A stretch of 25,867 bases of DNA, taken from positions 1-25,867 of the forward strand of contig JAEOTZ010000085.1 in assembly GCA_016839585.1 (NCBI GenBank). Direction: 5' to 3'. This stretch comes from Promethearchaeota archaeon. GTDB taxonomy: Archaea; Asgardarchaeota; Lokiarchaeia; Sigyniarchaeales; SOKP01. Under the pieces are notes generated by a model. It worked only from the letters and a program-made list of their open reading frames with translations, had not been told where the DNA came from and made no database searches. Shown here in pieces: positions 25,330 to 25,867 of this stretch; position 1 is the first letter of the stretch, and each line of letters begins with the position of its first letter. Both the position numbers and the translations under genes were made by a program.

Positions 25330-25551
25330 TTACTCCTCTCTATTAAACTCTGATACACATGTATAAATAATGTCCGTTGGGGATTTTGGTTTTAATTCCT
25401 CAAGGTCTACTATTTGAGTACTATGTCCACGATGTGTTTTCTCAAATTGCTGTAATAATTGTATAGCTTTATAATTATTAACATTAATAATGCAATATAG
25501 ATGGCAATCGAAACAAACTCTCGCTCTTGTTTTTTCTAATTTATTCTCCAT
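25330..25551 (-). CDS. Small C2H2-type zinc-binding protein
   Basis: RARVCFDC...FEKTHRGH (CxxC + HxxH), 73 aa, ATG start. Confidence 0.75.
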   Translation of the reverse strand: MENKLEKTRARVCFDCHLYCIINVNNYKAIQLLQQFEKTHRGHSTQIVDLEELKPKSPTDIIYTCVSEFNREE

Positions 25552-25867
25552 CTTATTAACAACCTTTTTAGGATTTTTCTTACAAAATCATTTATAGAGA
25601 CCTCTATAGTGATAATAATATAATTAAACTCCCAAAATTTAAAATTTAATCAATTAATTATTTTAATTATAATTTTCTTTTGAATTGATTTAATAATGAC
25701 CAATTTCGATTTAACCAATTACATTGACCTAAATTCTTACATAAAGAGAAGGGAAGAGAAAAGAAATCTGAACAGACATAAAAATACCAGGGAGAGATTA
25801 AACTCAATAGAGTTTAATAGAGGGCGAAATCCAATGCTAGCTCAAATTAATTTAGAATAAATTTCTC

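Overview
AT-rich archaeal window, most likely Asgard (Lokiarchaeia-like). I infer this from the archaeal 23S rRNA with an enlarged ES9-position insertion, the archaeal phosphopantothenate synthetase and the style of the protein families; no search was run. 1-~1425 (-) is the 5' half of a 23S rRNA gene with no 16S upstream. 2022-5394 holds housekeeping genes: DUF72, ketopantoate reductase, an Ard1/RimI N-acetyltransferase and phosphopantothenate synthetase. 5435-16374 (-) is a tightly coupled three-gene cassette: (i) a membrane-anchored, catalytically degenerate HerA/VirB4-like protein, (ii) an intact HerA/FtsK-type ATPase, and (iii) a ~1700-aa protein with an acidic repeat stalk, a PD-(D/E)xK-like nuclease and seven tandem TFIIB cyclin/HTH repeats. 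The two downstream genes appear to use ATC/ATA starts behind strong SD motifs. 16528-25867 is accessory: small Zn-binding ORFs, a GNAT + B12 radical-SAM operon and an RHH-like protein. It also contains two copies of a ~120-nt GC-rich intergenic element (19156-19277, 23914-24033) with a ~92% identical core and closing stems that differ completely in sequence but still pair. This is a strong candidate for an undescribed structured ncRNA family, with possible divergent relatives at ~19620-19690 and ~25745-25835.
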